Assembly: GCA_964558935.1 (NCBI GenBank)
Contig: CAZLFP010000001.1
Location: forward strand, 83,260-147,259
DNA: 64,000 nucleotides
Source: an uncultured Gammaproteobacteria bacterium
Lineage (GTDB): Bacteria > Patescibacteriota > Patescibacteriia > 2-01-FULL-39-33
Reading direction: 5' to 3'
Part shown: piece by piece, positions 49,616 through 58,688 of the stretch
Numbering within the stretch: the stretch's first letter is position 1
Layout: each line of letters opens with the position of its first letter
Notes under the pieces: model-generated
The model's database searches: none
Seen by the model: the letters and a program-made list of their open reading frames with translations, nothing else
What the model was told of the DNA's origin: nothing
Translations under genes and position numbers: made by a program

Positions 49616-51326
49616 GTTGTTTTAAATCAATAATTTTTAATTGCAACTCACGATTACCATTCCATTCATTAACACTCAATTCGTAAACTACATCAATTTT
49701 TTCTCCTAGCTTAAGTGTATCACACCAATCACCAAAACCAAAACCAATTAACTTACGTTGTGTTCCCTCTTGACTGACTTGTAATCTTAAATGCTTGTTA
49801 TCAGCTCCTAGAGCCTGAATTTGTTCCACGACCAAATCTTGAGATAGAAAAAGCGGTGTCGGATTACCTTCACCAAAAGGTTCAAATCTACCCAGGTCTT
49901 GCTGTAAATCCCAGTCGGCTTGAGCCAGTTGCATAACGGCATCAATTCTGAGAGTGGGTATTAATTCTACGCCTTTTAACGCCTTGTGAGCAAGCTGTTT
50001 CATTTTACGAATAAACTGGTCATAATTAGACTGCCCTTGAAGGCTAAAACCACATGCTTGGGAATGACCTCCGTATCTGACCAACAAGTCATGACATTGG
50101 CCCAAAGCTTCTGTTATATTGAATTGTTCAATACTGCGACCAGAACCCACAAACTGTTCCTGGTCACGGGAAATAATTAAAGTCGGTCTTTGGTGTTTGT
50201 CTGCCAGTCGACCGGCGACTAAGCCCACCACTCCAGCCGGCCAATCTTGCCCGACAGCCACTAATAATTTATCTGCGTCTGTAACTTCTCCAATTTGATC
50301 CAGGGATTGTTTCAAGATACTGTCTGTAATCTGTTGCCTTTTCTTGTTGTTGTTTTCCAAAACTTCCATTAATTTAATAACCTCTGTCTCGTCTTGGGAA
50401 GTTAAAAGTTTAAATGAAGCAGAAGCATGATCTATTCTGCCGGCGGCATTTAGCCTTGGCACCACTCTCCAGCCGACATACTGCGTATCTATCTGTCCCT
50501 TAAAATTATTTACCACTTCAAACATATGCTGCAAACCGACTCGCTTGGTTTTAGCCAAAACAACCAAGCCATATTTTACCAGGACTCTATTCTCAGCTGT
50601 CAAAGGACAAATATCTCCAATGGTGGCAATCGCGACTAAATCCAACAGCCATTTGTCAAAACCAGCCGGTAGCTGTATGGGCATATTTTCCTGAGCTTGG
50701 TAGATCATAATCGCCTGAACAACCTTAAAGGCTACTCCAGCCCCACATAAGTATCTAAACGGATAGCCACTGTTTTTCAGGGCTGGATTAAGAATGGCAT
50801 AAGCCGATGGCAACTGGGCTGGCTCCTGGTGATGATCGGTGATAATCGTATCTATACCATGCTGATTGAGATAAGCAATTTCACGGTGATTAGAAATACC
50901 ACAATCCACCGTGACCACCAAATTAAAACCTTGTTTAACAATATTTTCAGCCACAGACTGATTTAAGCTGTAACCTTCAGTTTCCCGAAATGGAATGTAG
51001 ACCTCTGTGGACAGACCTAAACCAGTTAAGGCCTGGTACATAATAGCTGAAGCTGAAACACCATCCGCATCATAATCTCCGAAAATCATGACTTTCTCTT
51101 TTTTAAAAACCGCTTCAAACAGACGCTTCACGGCCTTTGACATATCTTGAAACAAAAAAGGATCATGAATTTGGTCCTCATAACTGGCTGCAAAAAAATC
51201 ATCTATCTGGTCTTGGGTCGTTAAACCCCGGTTAAACAGTAATTGTAAAATAACCGGATTCAATTCCGGATATTTATCCACTACCGTTTGATTTGTTTCA
51301 GGCAAAACTTGCCATTTTTTTTGCAT
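49608..51326 (-). CDS. recJ: ssDNA exonuclease RecJ
   Basis: GDYDADG; TVDCG; TDHH; PRLNAAGR; GSGRS; GGH. Confidence 0.96.
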   Translation of the reverse strand: MQKKWQVLPETNQTVVDKYPELNPVILQLLFNRGLTTQDQIDDFFAASYEDQIHDPFLFQDMSKAVKRLFEAVFKKEKVMIFGDYDADGVSASAIMYQALTGLGLSTEVYIPFRETEGYSLNQSVAENIVKQGFNLVVTVDCGISNHREIAYLNQHGIDTIITDHHQEPAQLPSAYAILNPALKNSGYPFRYLCGAGVAFKVVQAIMIYQAQENMPIQLPAGFDKWLLDLVAIATIGDICPLTAENRVLVKYGLVVLAKTKRVGLQHMFEVVNNFKGQIDTQYVGWRVVPRLNAAGRIDHASASFKLLTSQDETEVIKLMEVLENNNKKRQQITDSILKQSLDQIGEVTDADKLLVAVGQDWPAGVVGLVAGRLADKHQRPTLIISRDQEQFVGSGRSIEQFNITEALGQCHDLLVRYGGHSQACGFSLQGQSNYDQFIRKMKQLAHKALKGVELIPTLRIDAVMQLAQADWDLQQDLGRFEPFGEGNPTPLFLSQDLVVEQIQALGADNKHLRLQVSQEGTQRKLIGFGFGDWCDTLKLGEKIDVVYELSVNEWNGNRELQLKIIDLKQHA

Positions 51327-51447
51327 AAGCTATAATACGAATATGAAAAAAATTAATTACCAGAAAAAATTTTGGGCGGTTGTCGCTCTCTTGGTGGTCA
51401 TTTCAATGTTAATTATGACCATTGCTCCACTCTTCTACTATTAACAG

Positions 51448-53217
51448 TTATTTTTTGAGTACGGCTAAAAAAGCTTTGGTGGGAATATCCACTTTACCGG
51501 TTCCCATCATTCTTTTTTTACCTTTTTTTTGTTTATCGAGTAACTTCTGCCTTCTAGACCAGTCACCGCCGTATAATTTGGCGGTCACATCCTTTCTTAA
51601 AGCAGATATTCTTTCAGCAGCTACGACCTTACCGCCTACAGCTGCTTGGATTTTAACCACAAATTGCTGACGTGGCAATTCATCTTTTAAAACATTGACG
51701 ATCTTTTTACCCACCTGATGTAAAGTATCTTTGTAAGTAATGATTGACAAGGCATCTACTTTTTCTTCAGCGACCAAGATATCCATTTTAACAACCTCTG
51801 TTGGAGAGAATTGGTCAAAATCATAACTTAGCGAAGCATAACCAGAGGATATACTTTTTAACCGATCGTAAAAATCCACAATCAGCTGAGTCAACGGAAT
51901 CTTGTAATGCAAAATGGCCACATCTTTATCTAAATATTCAGTATTTAAATATGATCCCCTTTTATCAGTCGCCAATTGCATAATACCGCCCAAATATTGG
52001 TTGGGTGTAAAAATATCCACTCTCATAACCGGTTCTTTAACCTGTTGAATACGGGTTGGATCCGGAAAACTGACTGGATTGTAGATCATCTCAACTTTAC
52101 CGTCCTTGTATTCCACCTGATAAGCTACAGACGGTACAGTAACCACCAAATCCAAATCATATTCTCTTCTTAATCTTTCTTGAAAAATTTCTAAATGGAG
52201 CAAGCCTAAAAAACCACATCTAAAACCAAAGCCTAAAGCCTGAGAATTTTCTGGTTCATAACTCAGGGCAGCATCATTTAACTTAATTTTCTCCAAGGCT
52301 TCTCTTAATCTGGGAAAATCATTACCTTCTTTACAAAAAATACCGGCAAATACCATGGGTTTAACCTCTTGGTAACCAGGGAGAGGTTCGGGATTCTCAC
52401 CTGCGCGGGTAATGGTATCACCTACTTTACATTGAGAAACCTGTCTGAGATTTGTCACCACATAGCCAACTTCTCCGGTTTCTAACACATCTGCTTTAAC
52501 ATACTTGGGATTGAAGTATCCAACCTCAATTGCTTCCACCTCTCTATTCACTGACAAGAGTTTTATTTTTGAACCTGCTTTTAACGCTCCACTGAAAACA
52601 CGCACGTAAGCAATAACTCCTTTGTATTCATCATACACGGAATCAAAGATCAGAGCTTTGGTTTCATTGGTAGTCGTCTGCTTGGGTTCAGGGACTGTTT
52701 TAATAATATACTTCAAGACTTCTGCCACCCCCTCACCGGTTTTGGCTGATACGGCATAAATATCTTCTTCTTGACAATTTAACAATCCCATAATTTCCTG
52801 CTTGGTTTTTACAGGATCCGCATTGGGTAAATCTATTTTATTAATAACCGGTATGATGGTTAAATTTTCCTCCATGGCCAAATACAAATTAGCCAATGTT
52901 TGAGCTTGGATACCTTGAGTGGCATCAACCAGTAAGATAGCACCTTCAACTGCCATTAAAGATCTGGATACTTCGTAAGTAAAATCCACATGTCCGGGAG
53001 TATCTATTAAGTTAAGCTCGTAACCCTCATATTTCATCCTCACCGGTTGCAATTTGATGGTAATCCCCCTTTCTTGTTCAATATCCATCTGATCCAACAA
53101 CTGAGATTTCATTTTTCTTTTATCTACCGTTTGAGTGATTTCAAGCATCCGGTCAGCCAAAGTTGACTTACCGTGATCGATATGTGCAATAATACAAAAG
53201 TTTCTAATTTTATCCAT
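51448..53217 (-). CDS. lepA: Elongation factor 4
   Basis: IRNFCIIAHIDHGKSTLADR; GFRCGFLGLLH; KDVTAKLYGGD. Confidence 0.97.
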   Translation of the reverse strand: MDKIRNFCIIAHIDHGKSTLADRMLEITQTVDKRKMKSQLLDQMDIEQERGITIKLQPVRMKYEGYELNLIDTPGHVDFTYEVSRSLMAVEGAILLVDATQGIQAQTLANLYLAMEENLTIIPVINKIDLPNADPVKTKQEIMGLLNCQEEDIYAVSAKTGEGVAEVLKYIIKTVPEPKQTTTNETKALIFDSVYDEYKGVIAYVRVFSGALKAGSKIKLLSVNREVEAIEVGYFNPKYVKADVLETGEVGYVVTNLRQVSQCKVGDTITRAGENPEPLPGYQEVKPMVFAGIFCKEGNDFPRLREALEKIKLNDAALSYEPENSQALGFGFRCGFLGLLHLEIFQERLRREYDLDLVVTVPSVAYQVEYKDGKVEMIYNPVSFPDPTRIQQVKEPVMRVDIFTPNQYLGGIMQLATDKRGSYLNTEYLDKDVAILHYKIPLTQLIVDFYDRLKSISSGYASLSYDFDQFSPTEVVKMDILVAEEKVDALSIITYKDTLHQVGKKIVNVLKDELPRQQFVVKIQAAVGGKVVAAERISALRKDVTAKLYGGDWSRRQKLLDKQKKGKKRMMGTGKVDIPTKAFLAVLKK

Positions 53218-53379
53218 ATTTAGTTAATTCTAATCAATTTTAGCATTATTATGTTTAATTATCAAGAATAAAAAAACCCACCTTTTTGGGATAGCGGGAT
53301 TAAACTGAAACTCATTGATAAAACCAATTTATCATGTGATTATATAAAAGCAAATTATTTGAGCAATTATAATTAAACA

Positions 53380-55089
53380 TTAAACTCCATCACCTTCGCG
53401 TCTGGTATCCTCTATCTGCTGTAAATTGACTTTCTTTAAAAATTTCTTTGTAAACGAAGCTAAAAAAATATTCATTTCTTCCATGTGCATAATCTTTCCC
53501 AATATGCCATACACCGCAATACCCATCAGACCGGCCACACCACTTTGGAAGGCTATACCCATAAAAGTATTGGTTTCAAGACAACAGGTTAGCAACTGCA
53601 AACTGCCATAAGTGGCCAAACCGGCACCCAAAGATGCAAATACAATTCTCCAAGTTGAATCTAGAATCTTCCTACCATCCAACCAACCAACTTTGTGTCT
53701 CAACCAGATTATGAGTATCACTAAATTAATGATTGAAGATACGGTTACTGCGGCTGGCAAAGCCAAAACGCGTAAATCATACACATACCACATATCTGAC
53801 AACTTTAAAATAGAATGGGTAAAGTAGGAAAACCAATTATCAAAAGAAAGAACCCATCTAAAAAAGACCAGGGAAACGTAATTAGCAATCAAGGTAATAA
53901 CACCCACAACAAATGGAGTCTTAGAATCTTGCAAAGCATAAAACCCACGCACCAGTAACGGTAAGATCGCTTGAGCAAATAAACCTAAAGCAAAAACACC
54001 CAAGCAAGCCGCAGTCAGTCGTGTATCTTGCCAGTCAAAAGAACCAGCTCCTAAAATAACTCTCACGATCTGAGCACGCATGACATAGAAAACCACAGAG
54101 ATGGGAACAATGAAGAATAAAATCTGCCTGAAGGTTACAGACATGGTTTTCACAAATCTTTTCATTTTTTTTCTGGCGGCCAGATCAGATAAAACCGGTA
54201 AAGCAGCCACGGCAAAAGAAATACCAAAAATGCCCAAAGGAAAACTTTGCAAGTTATTGGATAAATTAAAAATAGATAAAGAACCGACCGTTAATGTGGA
54301 GGCAATAATGGTAATAACCAAAATATTGAGCTGGTTAATAACCAAAGTCAAGGTGCGAGGAATCATCAATTTACCCACTCTTCTGACTTCAGGCTGAGAC
54401 CAATTAAAACCCGGTTGATACACATAACCCAAAGCCACAACCGGACCAACTTGGATTAAAAAATGAAAAATAGCACCTAAAATAACCCCCCAAGCTAGTC
54501 CATAAATACCCCAACTATCAACTAGATAGAGAGCGCCAATCATAATACCAATATTATAGAAGATAGGAGCTAAGGAATAGGCAAAAAACCTCTGATAAGA
54601 TTGCAAGATGGAACCGAAAATGGCTGACATACCCAAGAAAATTGGAGATAAGAACATAATGCGAGACAAATCAATGACCATCTTCATTTTTTCACCTTCA
54701 AAGCCGGGGGTAATTAAGGGCATGATCCAAGGAGCAAACGTAAACAAGACTGCGCAAACAATAATTAGAAACAAAATTAAGGTATTAAAAATACTGTTAA
54801 TCAACAACCAGGCTTCCTGGTCTTTCTTTTTAGAAATTAAACCTGTAAAAACGGGGATTAGACCGGCAGAAATAGCACCCAAGACCAATAGATTAAACAC
54901 TAAATCAGGTAATCTGAAAGCGGCATAGTATACGTCTAAAATATCCCCGGCTCCAAACTGGGAAGCCAAAATTCGATCTCTAAAGACTCCCAAAACACGG
55001 CTAACCAAAGACAAAGCGCCGATAATAATCGCCGCTGAGGTAATTGTTTTAGCCTGATGATTAATAGAATTAAATAATTTGCCAAACAT
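53380..55089 (-). CDS. murJ: Lipid II flippase MurJ
   Basis: SRVLG.FRD; AFRLPD; FYALQDSKTP. Confidence 0.93.
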   Translation of the reverse strand: MFGKLFNSINHQAKTITSAAIIIGALSLVSRVLGVFRDRILASQFGAGDILDVYYAAFRLPDLVFNLLVLGAISAGLIPVFTGLISKKKDQEAWLLINSIFNTLILFLIIVCAVLFTFAPWIMPLITPGFEGEKMKMVIDLSRIMFLSPIFLGMSAIFGSILQSYQRFFAYSLAPIFYNIGIMIGALYLVDSWGIYGLAWGVILGAIFHFLIQVGPVVALGYVYQPGFNWSQPEVRRVGKLMIPRTLTLVINQLNILVITIIASTLTVGSLSIFNLSNNLQSFPLGIFGISFAVAALPVLSDLAARKKMKRFVKTMSVTFRQILFFIVPISVVFYVMRAQIVRVILGAGSFDWQDTRLTAACLGVFALGLFAQAILPLLVRGFYALQDSKTPFVVGVITLIANYVSLVFFRWVLSFDNWFSYFTHSILKLSDMWYVYDLRVLALPAAVTVSSIINLVILIIWLRHKVGWLDGRKILDSTWRIVFASLGAGLATYGSLQLLTCCLETNTFMGIAFQSGVAGLMGIAVYGILGKIMHMEEMNIFLASFTKKFLKKVNLQQIEDTRREGDGV

Positions 55090-55093
55090 CTGA

Positions 55094-56251
55094 TTACACT
55101 GTTAGAATCTGCTGAGCAATGACAAGTTCTTCATTGGCAGGTATGACAGTTGTCTTGAATTTACCCAAGTGCCTGATTTGTTGAGTCACCATTTTACGAA
55201 TCACACCACTTCTTTCGCCTATGCCACCTGTAAAAACCAGCAAATCCAAACCTTTGAGCAGAACATGATACTGACCAATATATTTAGTAATACTATAAAT
55301 AAACATATCTAAAGCGAGTTTTGCGCTAGCCTGTTGTTCTGAGGTAAATTGACGATCAATATCATAACCCTCCACTTTATGACCAGCCGCCGCTAATATG
55401 TCACGCATATCTTTAGTGCCGGCAATACCCAACAGACCGGATTGCTCATTTAAAATTTGGGTTACTTGTGACATGTCCATTTTAAGTTCAGACAACAGGT
55501 AAAGAGGTATACTGGCATCCAAGTCTCCTGACCGGGTTGACATAACCAAACCTTCCAGAGGTGTAAAGCCCATGGAAGTAGCTAAAGCATGACCGTTTAA
55601 AGTCGCGGTTACACTACAGCCACTGCCTAAATGACAACTGACAATCTTACTGCTTGTTAAACTCACTTTAGCTTTTTTAGCTCCTTGAATGACTGCTGAC
55701 TGATGGGAAACACCATGAAAACCATAGCGCCTAATTTTATTCTGAGTATATAATCTATTGGGCAAGGCGTAGCGGTAAATATATTCCGGCATGGTTGAGA
55801 AATAGGCAGTATCAAAAACAGCATACTGATCTAACTTGGGTAAAATTTGAGACAACTTGCGGATACAGGCCAGATTAATTGGATTATGCAAAGGAGCTAA
55901 ATGATTATACTCAGCTAATTGCTGAATAATAACTGAATTTAATCTAGTCACCTGCTGAAATTCCTCACCGCCGTGTACCACTCGATGACCAATAATTTCC
56001 ACTTGGCTTAATATCTTCTTTAATGCAGCTAACATCTTGTCAACCGCTTGTTCATGATTCTTAACACCGCCAGGATAGTTTTGACGAAAAAAATTAGGCT
56101 GATTAGATTCTTGTAATTCTAAAAAAGAATCTTTCATGCCTATTCTTTCAATAATACCAGCGATTTCTTCCTTTAGCTCAGCGGTAAAAATTTTAAACTT
56201 CAAAGTCGCACTGCCAGCATTAATAATCAAAATTTTCTGGTTTTTATTCAT
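55094..56251 (-). CDS. ackA: Acetate/propionate kinase
   Basis: INAGS; GHRVVHGG; APLHN; RRYGFHG; HLGSG; FTGGIGE. Confidence 0.95.
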   Translation of the reverse strand: MNKNQKILIINAGSATLKFKIFTAELKEEIAGIIERIGMKDSFLELQESNQPNFFRQNYPGGVKNHEQAVDKMLAALKKILSQVEIIGHRVVHGGEEFQQVTRLNSVIIQQLAEYNHLAPLHNPINLACIRKLSQILPKLDQYAVFDTAYFSTMPEYIYRYALPNRLYTQNKIRRYGFHGVSHQSAVIQGAKKAKVSLTSSKIVSCHLGSGCSVTATLNGHALATSMGFTPLEGLVMSTRSGDLDASIPLYLLSELKMDMSQVTQILNEQSGLLGIAGTKDMRDILAAAGHKVEGYDIDRQFTSEQQASAKLALDMFIYSITKYIGQYHVLLKGLDLLVFTGGIGERSGVIRKMVTQQIRHLGKFKTTVIPANEELVIAQQILTV

Positions 56252-56253
56252 AC

Positions 56254-56820
56254 TTATTGAATGATCATTCCATAATTACAAACTCCGCCCGGTAAACCGG
56301 CATTACCCTCATCCACATCCACATGCATACCACAGTCATATTTTTGACTCACTCTGACAACCACATTGTGAAAAGTCAGACTTCGATCCCCAACTGTCTT
56401 AACGGAAATCTTCTGGTTATTCCTAACCCCTAATTTCTTGGCATTCTCAGGATCGCAATGCATATGCCTTTGAGCAATAATAATTCCTGACTTTAAGATA
56501 ACCTTGCCCTTAGAGCCAATTAATGTTCCGCCAACAGAACCCTCATGATTTCCAGATACTCTAATGGGAGGATTGATTTTTAACTTGTAACTGTCTGTTC
56601 TGGATAATTCCACTTGAGTTCTTTCACGAACCGACATTAAGACCCTTAAACTCAGTTCTCCCTTTCTCGTCTTCAAAGTCACAACACTTTTAGTTGCAAA
56701 TTCACCCGGTTGAGACAAATCTTTCAATTTCTTGAATTTAAAGCCAATTCCAAATAACTTATCTGCATCTTTTTGAGATAAGTGAATGTGTCTGGCAGAT
56801 ACTTCAATGGGAATACGCAT
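56254..56820 (-). CDS. pduL: Phosphate propanoyl/acetyltransferase PduL
   Basis: SARHIHLS; LSQPG; TQVELS; RHMH; MHVDVDEGNA. Confidence 0.92.
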   Translation of the reverse strand: MRIPIEVSARHIHLSQKDADKLFGIGFKFKKLKDLSQPGEFATKSVVTLKTRKGELSLRVLMSVRERTQVELSRTDSYKLKINPPIRVSGNHEGSVGGTLIGSKGKVILKSGIIIAQRHMHCDPENAKKLGVRNNQKISVKTVGDRSLTFHNVVVRVSQKYDCGMHVDVDEGNAGLPGGVCNYGMIIQ

Positions 56821-56916
56821 AGGTGTATTATATCAATTTTAAAAAATTATGACAAAAGAAAAAACCCGCAAAGCTGTTACACTCTGCGGGTTGAATTGGT
56901 TTAGGGAATCACTTCC

Positions 56917-58476
56917 CTATTCGGCCCACAACAGACCGATGTCGTGGCCTTGAAGACCAGCTCCGATACACGGCGAAGCCGGATCCAGAATACCGGGCCA
57001 ATACAGTAACGGATCCTGGCCGATTAGCCAATTCGGGACTTCGAATTCAGGATGAACCGGACTGCCCGTCATAAGGCAGTTGTTAAACGTCCCAATTTGC
57101 CCGTCCTGTTCGAAGGTCGGCAACATGATGGCGATGTAGTCATTCGCCCAGGACTGGAAGATGGAATCATAAACCATCGATGACTGACCATCATAGCCGT
57201 TAAGCTCCAGGCTCGGCATACTGTTCGCCCAGAACACGCAACGATTAACGTTAACTTGCTGCGGATAGTAAACGCTGACCGAGAACCCGTCATAGTTCTC
57301 AAAGACGCAGTTGTAAGCCAACAAGCTCATACCGGATAGCTGGATCAGATTACCCGGTACCGGCATGGACATCATACTTTGGTAGCTGGATACAACCGCC
57401 AGATCGTTCAGAGACAGCGTCGGAGCGCCTCCGCCTTTGCCAACCGCCAGCTCAGCGTAGATAACGTTCGGGCTGCCCTTGGGCTTAATCAGCGAAGTTT
57501 TGGCTGCACCTTGACCGGTAATCGAGATGATCTTGCCGTCATCCGGTCCAAGTGTAAAGCCGGGATACTCGCCCTGGCCCAGCTGAATTTCAACTGGTGT
57601 GTCATTCGAGTCAATCGCTTCCTGGATCGAGTTATAATCCAGGCCATTGACTCGGACATACCGATTCTGGTAAGCGAAACTGACCTCGATCTCTACCTGC
57701 CCGGCTGTCGTTGGCGGCTGGTAGCCGACCCAATACGAACTGGACAGATCATAGGTATTGAAGTCCAACGCGTACAGAATTAGCGGCAGATCCGCCAAGA
57801 CCTCGATACCCGTATCCAAATCGGATATGACCATACTGCCGCCCTTAAAAGACAGGGGCAGAGGAACCAAAGCCTGAAGACAATCGTCTTCCGGATAGGC
57901 GTACTGGCTGTACCAGGAATTACCGTCCAAATCTATGACGCGGATCTGACTGTTGTAACCGAACTCAGCCGGTAAATCACAGATCTGGAGGCGAAAGTCA
58001 TATTGGTACATAAAGTCGACTTCTATCTCAGCTTCAGTGACTTGTCCGGCTTCAACGGTTAATGTCTCATTGGCGTCAAATAGGTTATTATACCTGTCAT
58101 CGACCACTGTGGACGTCAACCAATAATCACCCACATTCAAAGCCACCTTTTTTTCGGCTACGCCATCTACGATCGGAATCGATTCATAACGATAGCCCGG
58201 AGGCGGAACATCTCCTCCCATCTTGCCGTAAATTGGTGACTGAGGATAGAATTCCAGTTCCAGATAGGCAGCCTTGCTCTTGAAAGCATCACCGACCTGG
58301 CGCAAATGATTGAGAGGGATTTCCGGATAACCGTAACCCTTCTCAGTATCTGCATCAGTGTTCAAATCCAGACGGATATGAACACCCTGTTTGACCGGTT
58401 GGCTAATTAGCCACGGACAACCGGTCAGGACAGCGGCCAATACAAACAGAATCGCCAACACACCACACTTCTTCAT
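56917..58476 (-). CDS. Orphan lipoprotein with a C-terminal pectin-lyase-like beta-helix
   Basis: Lipobox LTGC after MKK; YNSIQEAID...G.Y; SPCIGAG...DIG; GGAGG SD; TTGACA-N17-TAATAT at 58636-58608; terminator at ~56863-56892; GC-richer. Confidence 0.7.
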   Translation of the reverse strand: MKKCGVLAILFVLAAVLTGCPWLISQPVKQGVHIRLDLNTDADTEKGYGYPEIPLNHLRQVGDAFKSKAAYLELEFYPQSPIYGKMGGDVPPPGYRYESIPIVDGVAEKKVALNVGDYWLTSTVVDDRYNNLFDANETLTVEAGQVTEAEIEVDFMYQYDFRLQICDLPAEFGYNSQIRVIDLDGNSWYSQYAYPEDDCLQALVPLPLSFKGGSMVISDLDTGIEVLADLPLILYALDFNTYDLSSSYWVGYQPPTTAGQVEIEVSFAYQNRYVRVNGLDYNSIQEAIDSNDTPVEIQLGQGEYPGFTLGPDDGKIISITGQGAAKTSLIKPKGSPNVIYAELAVGKGGGAPTLSLNDLAVVSSYQSMMSMPVPGNLIQLSGMSLLAYNCVFENYDGFSVSVYYPQQVNVNRCVFWANSMPSLELNGYDGQSSMVYDSIFQSWANDYIAIMLPTFEQDGQIGTFNNCLMTGSPVHPEFEVPNWLIGQDPLLYWPGILDPASPCIGAGLQGHDIGLLWAE

Positions 58477-58688
58477 TCCAACATCCTCCATGTTTTGACT
58501 ACCATCCACTATGGATAATAGTCTCAGCTATTCCAAACGGTGACAACAACGCCACCTACAGTTTGGATATAATATAACTGCCCTAGACCAACTAAAGCAG
58601 ATCTTAGATATTAACACATCCGTTAAAATCTGTCAATCAAAAAATACCCCCGTTTTAAGGGAGTATTTTTATCTAAAATCAGAAATAT

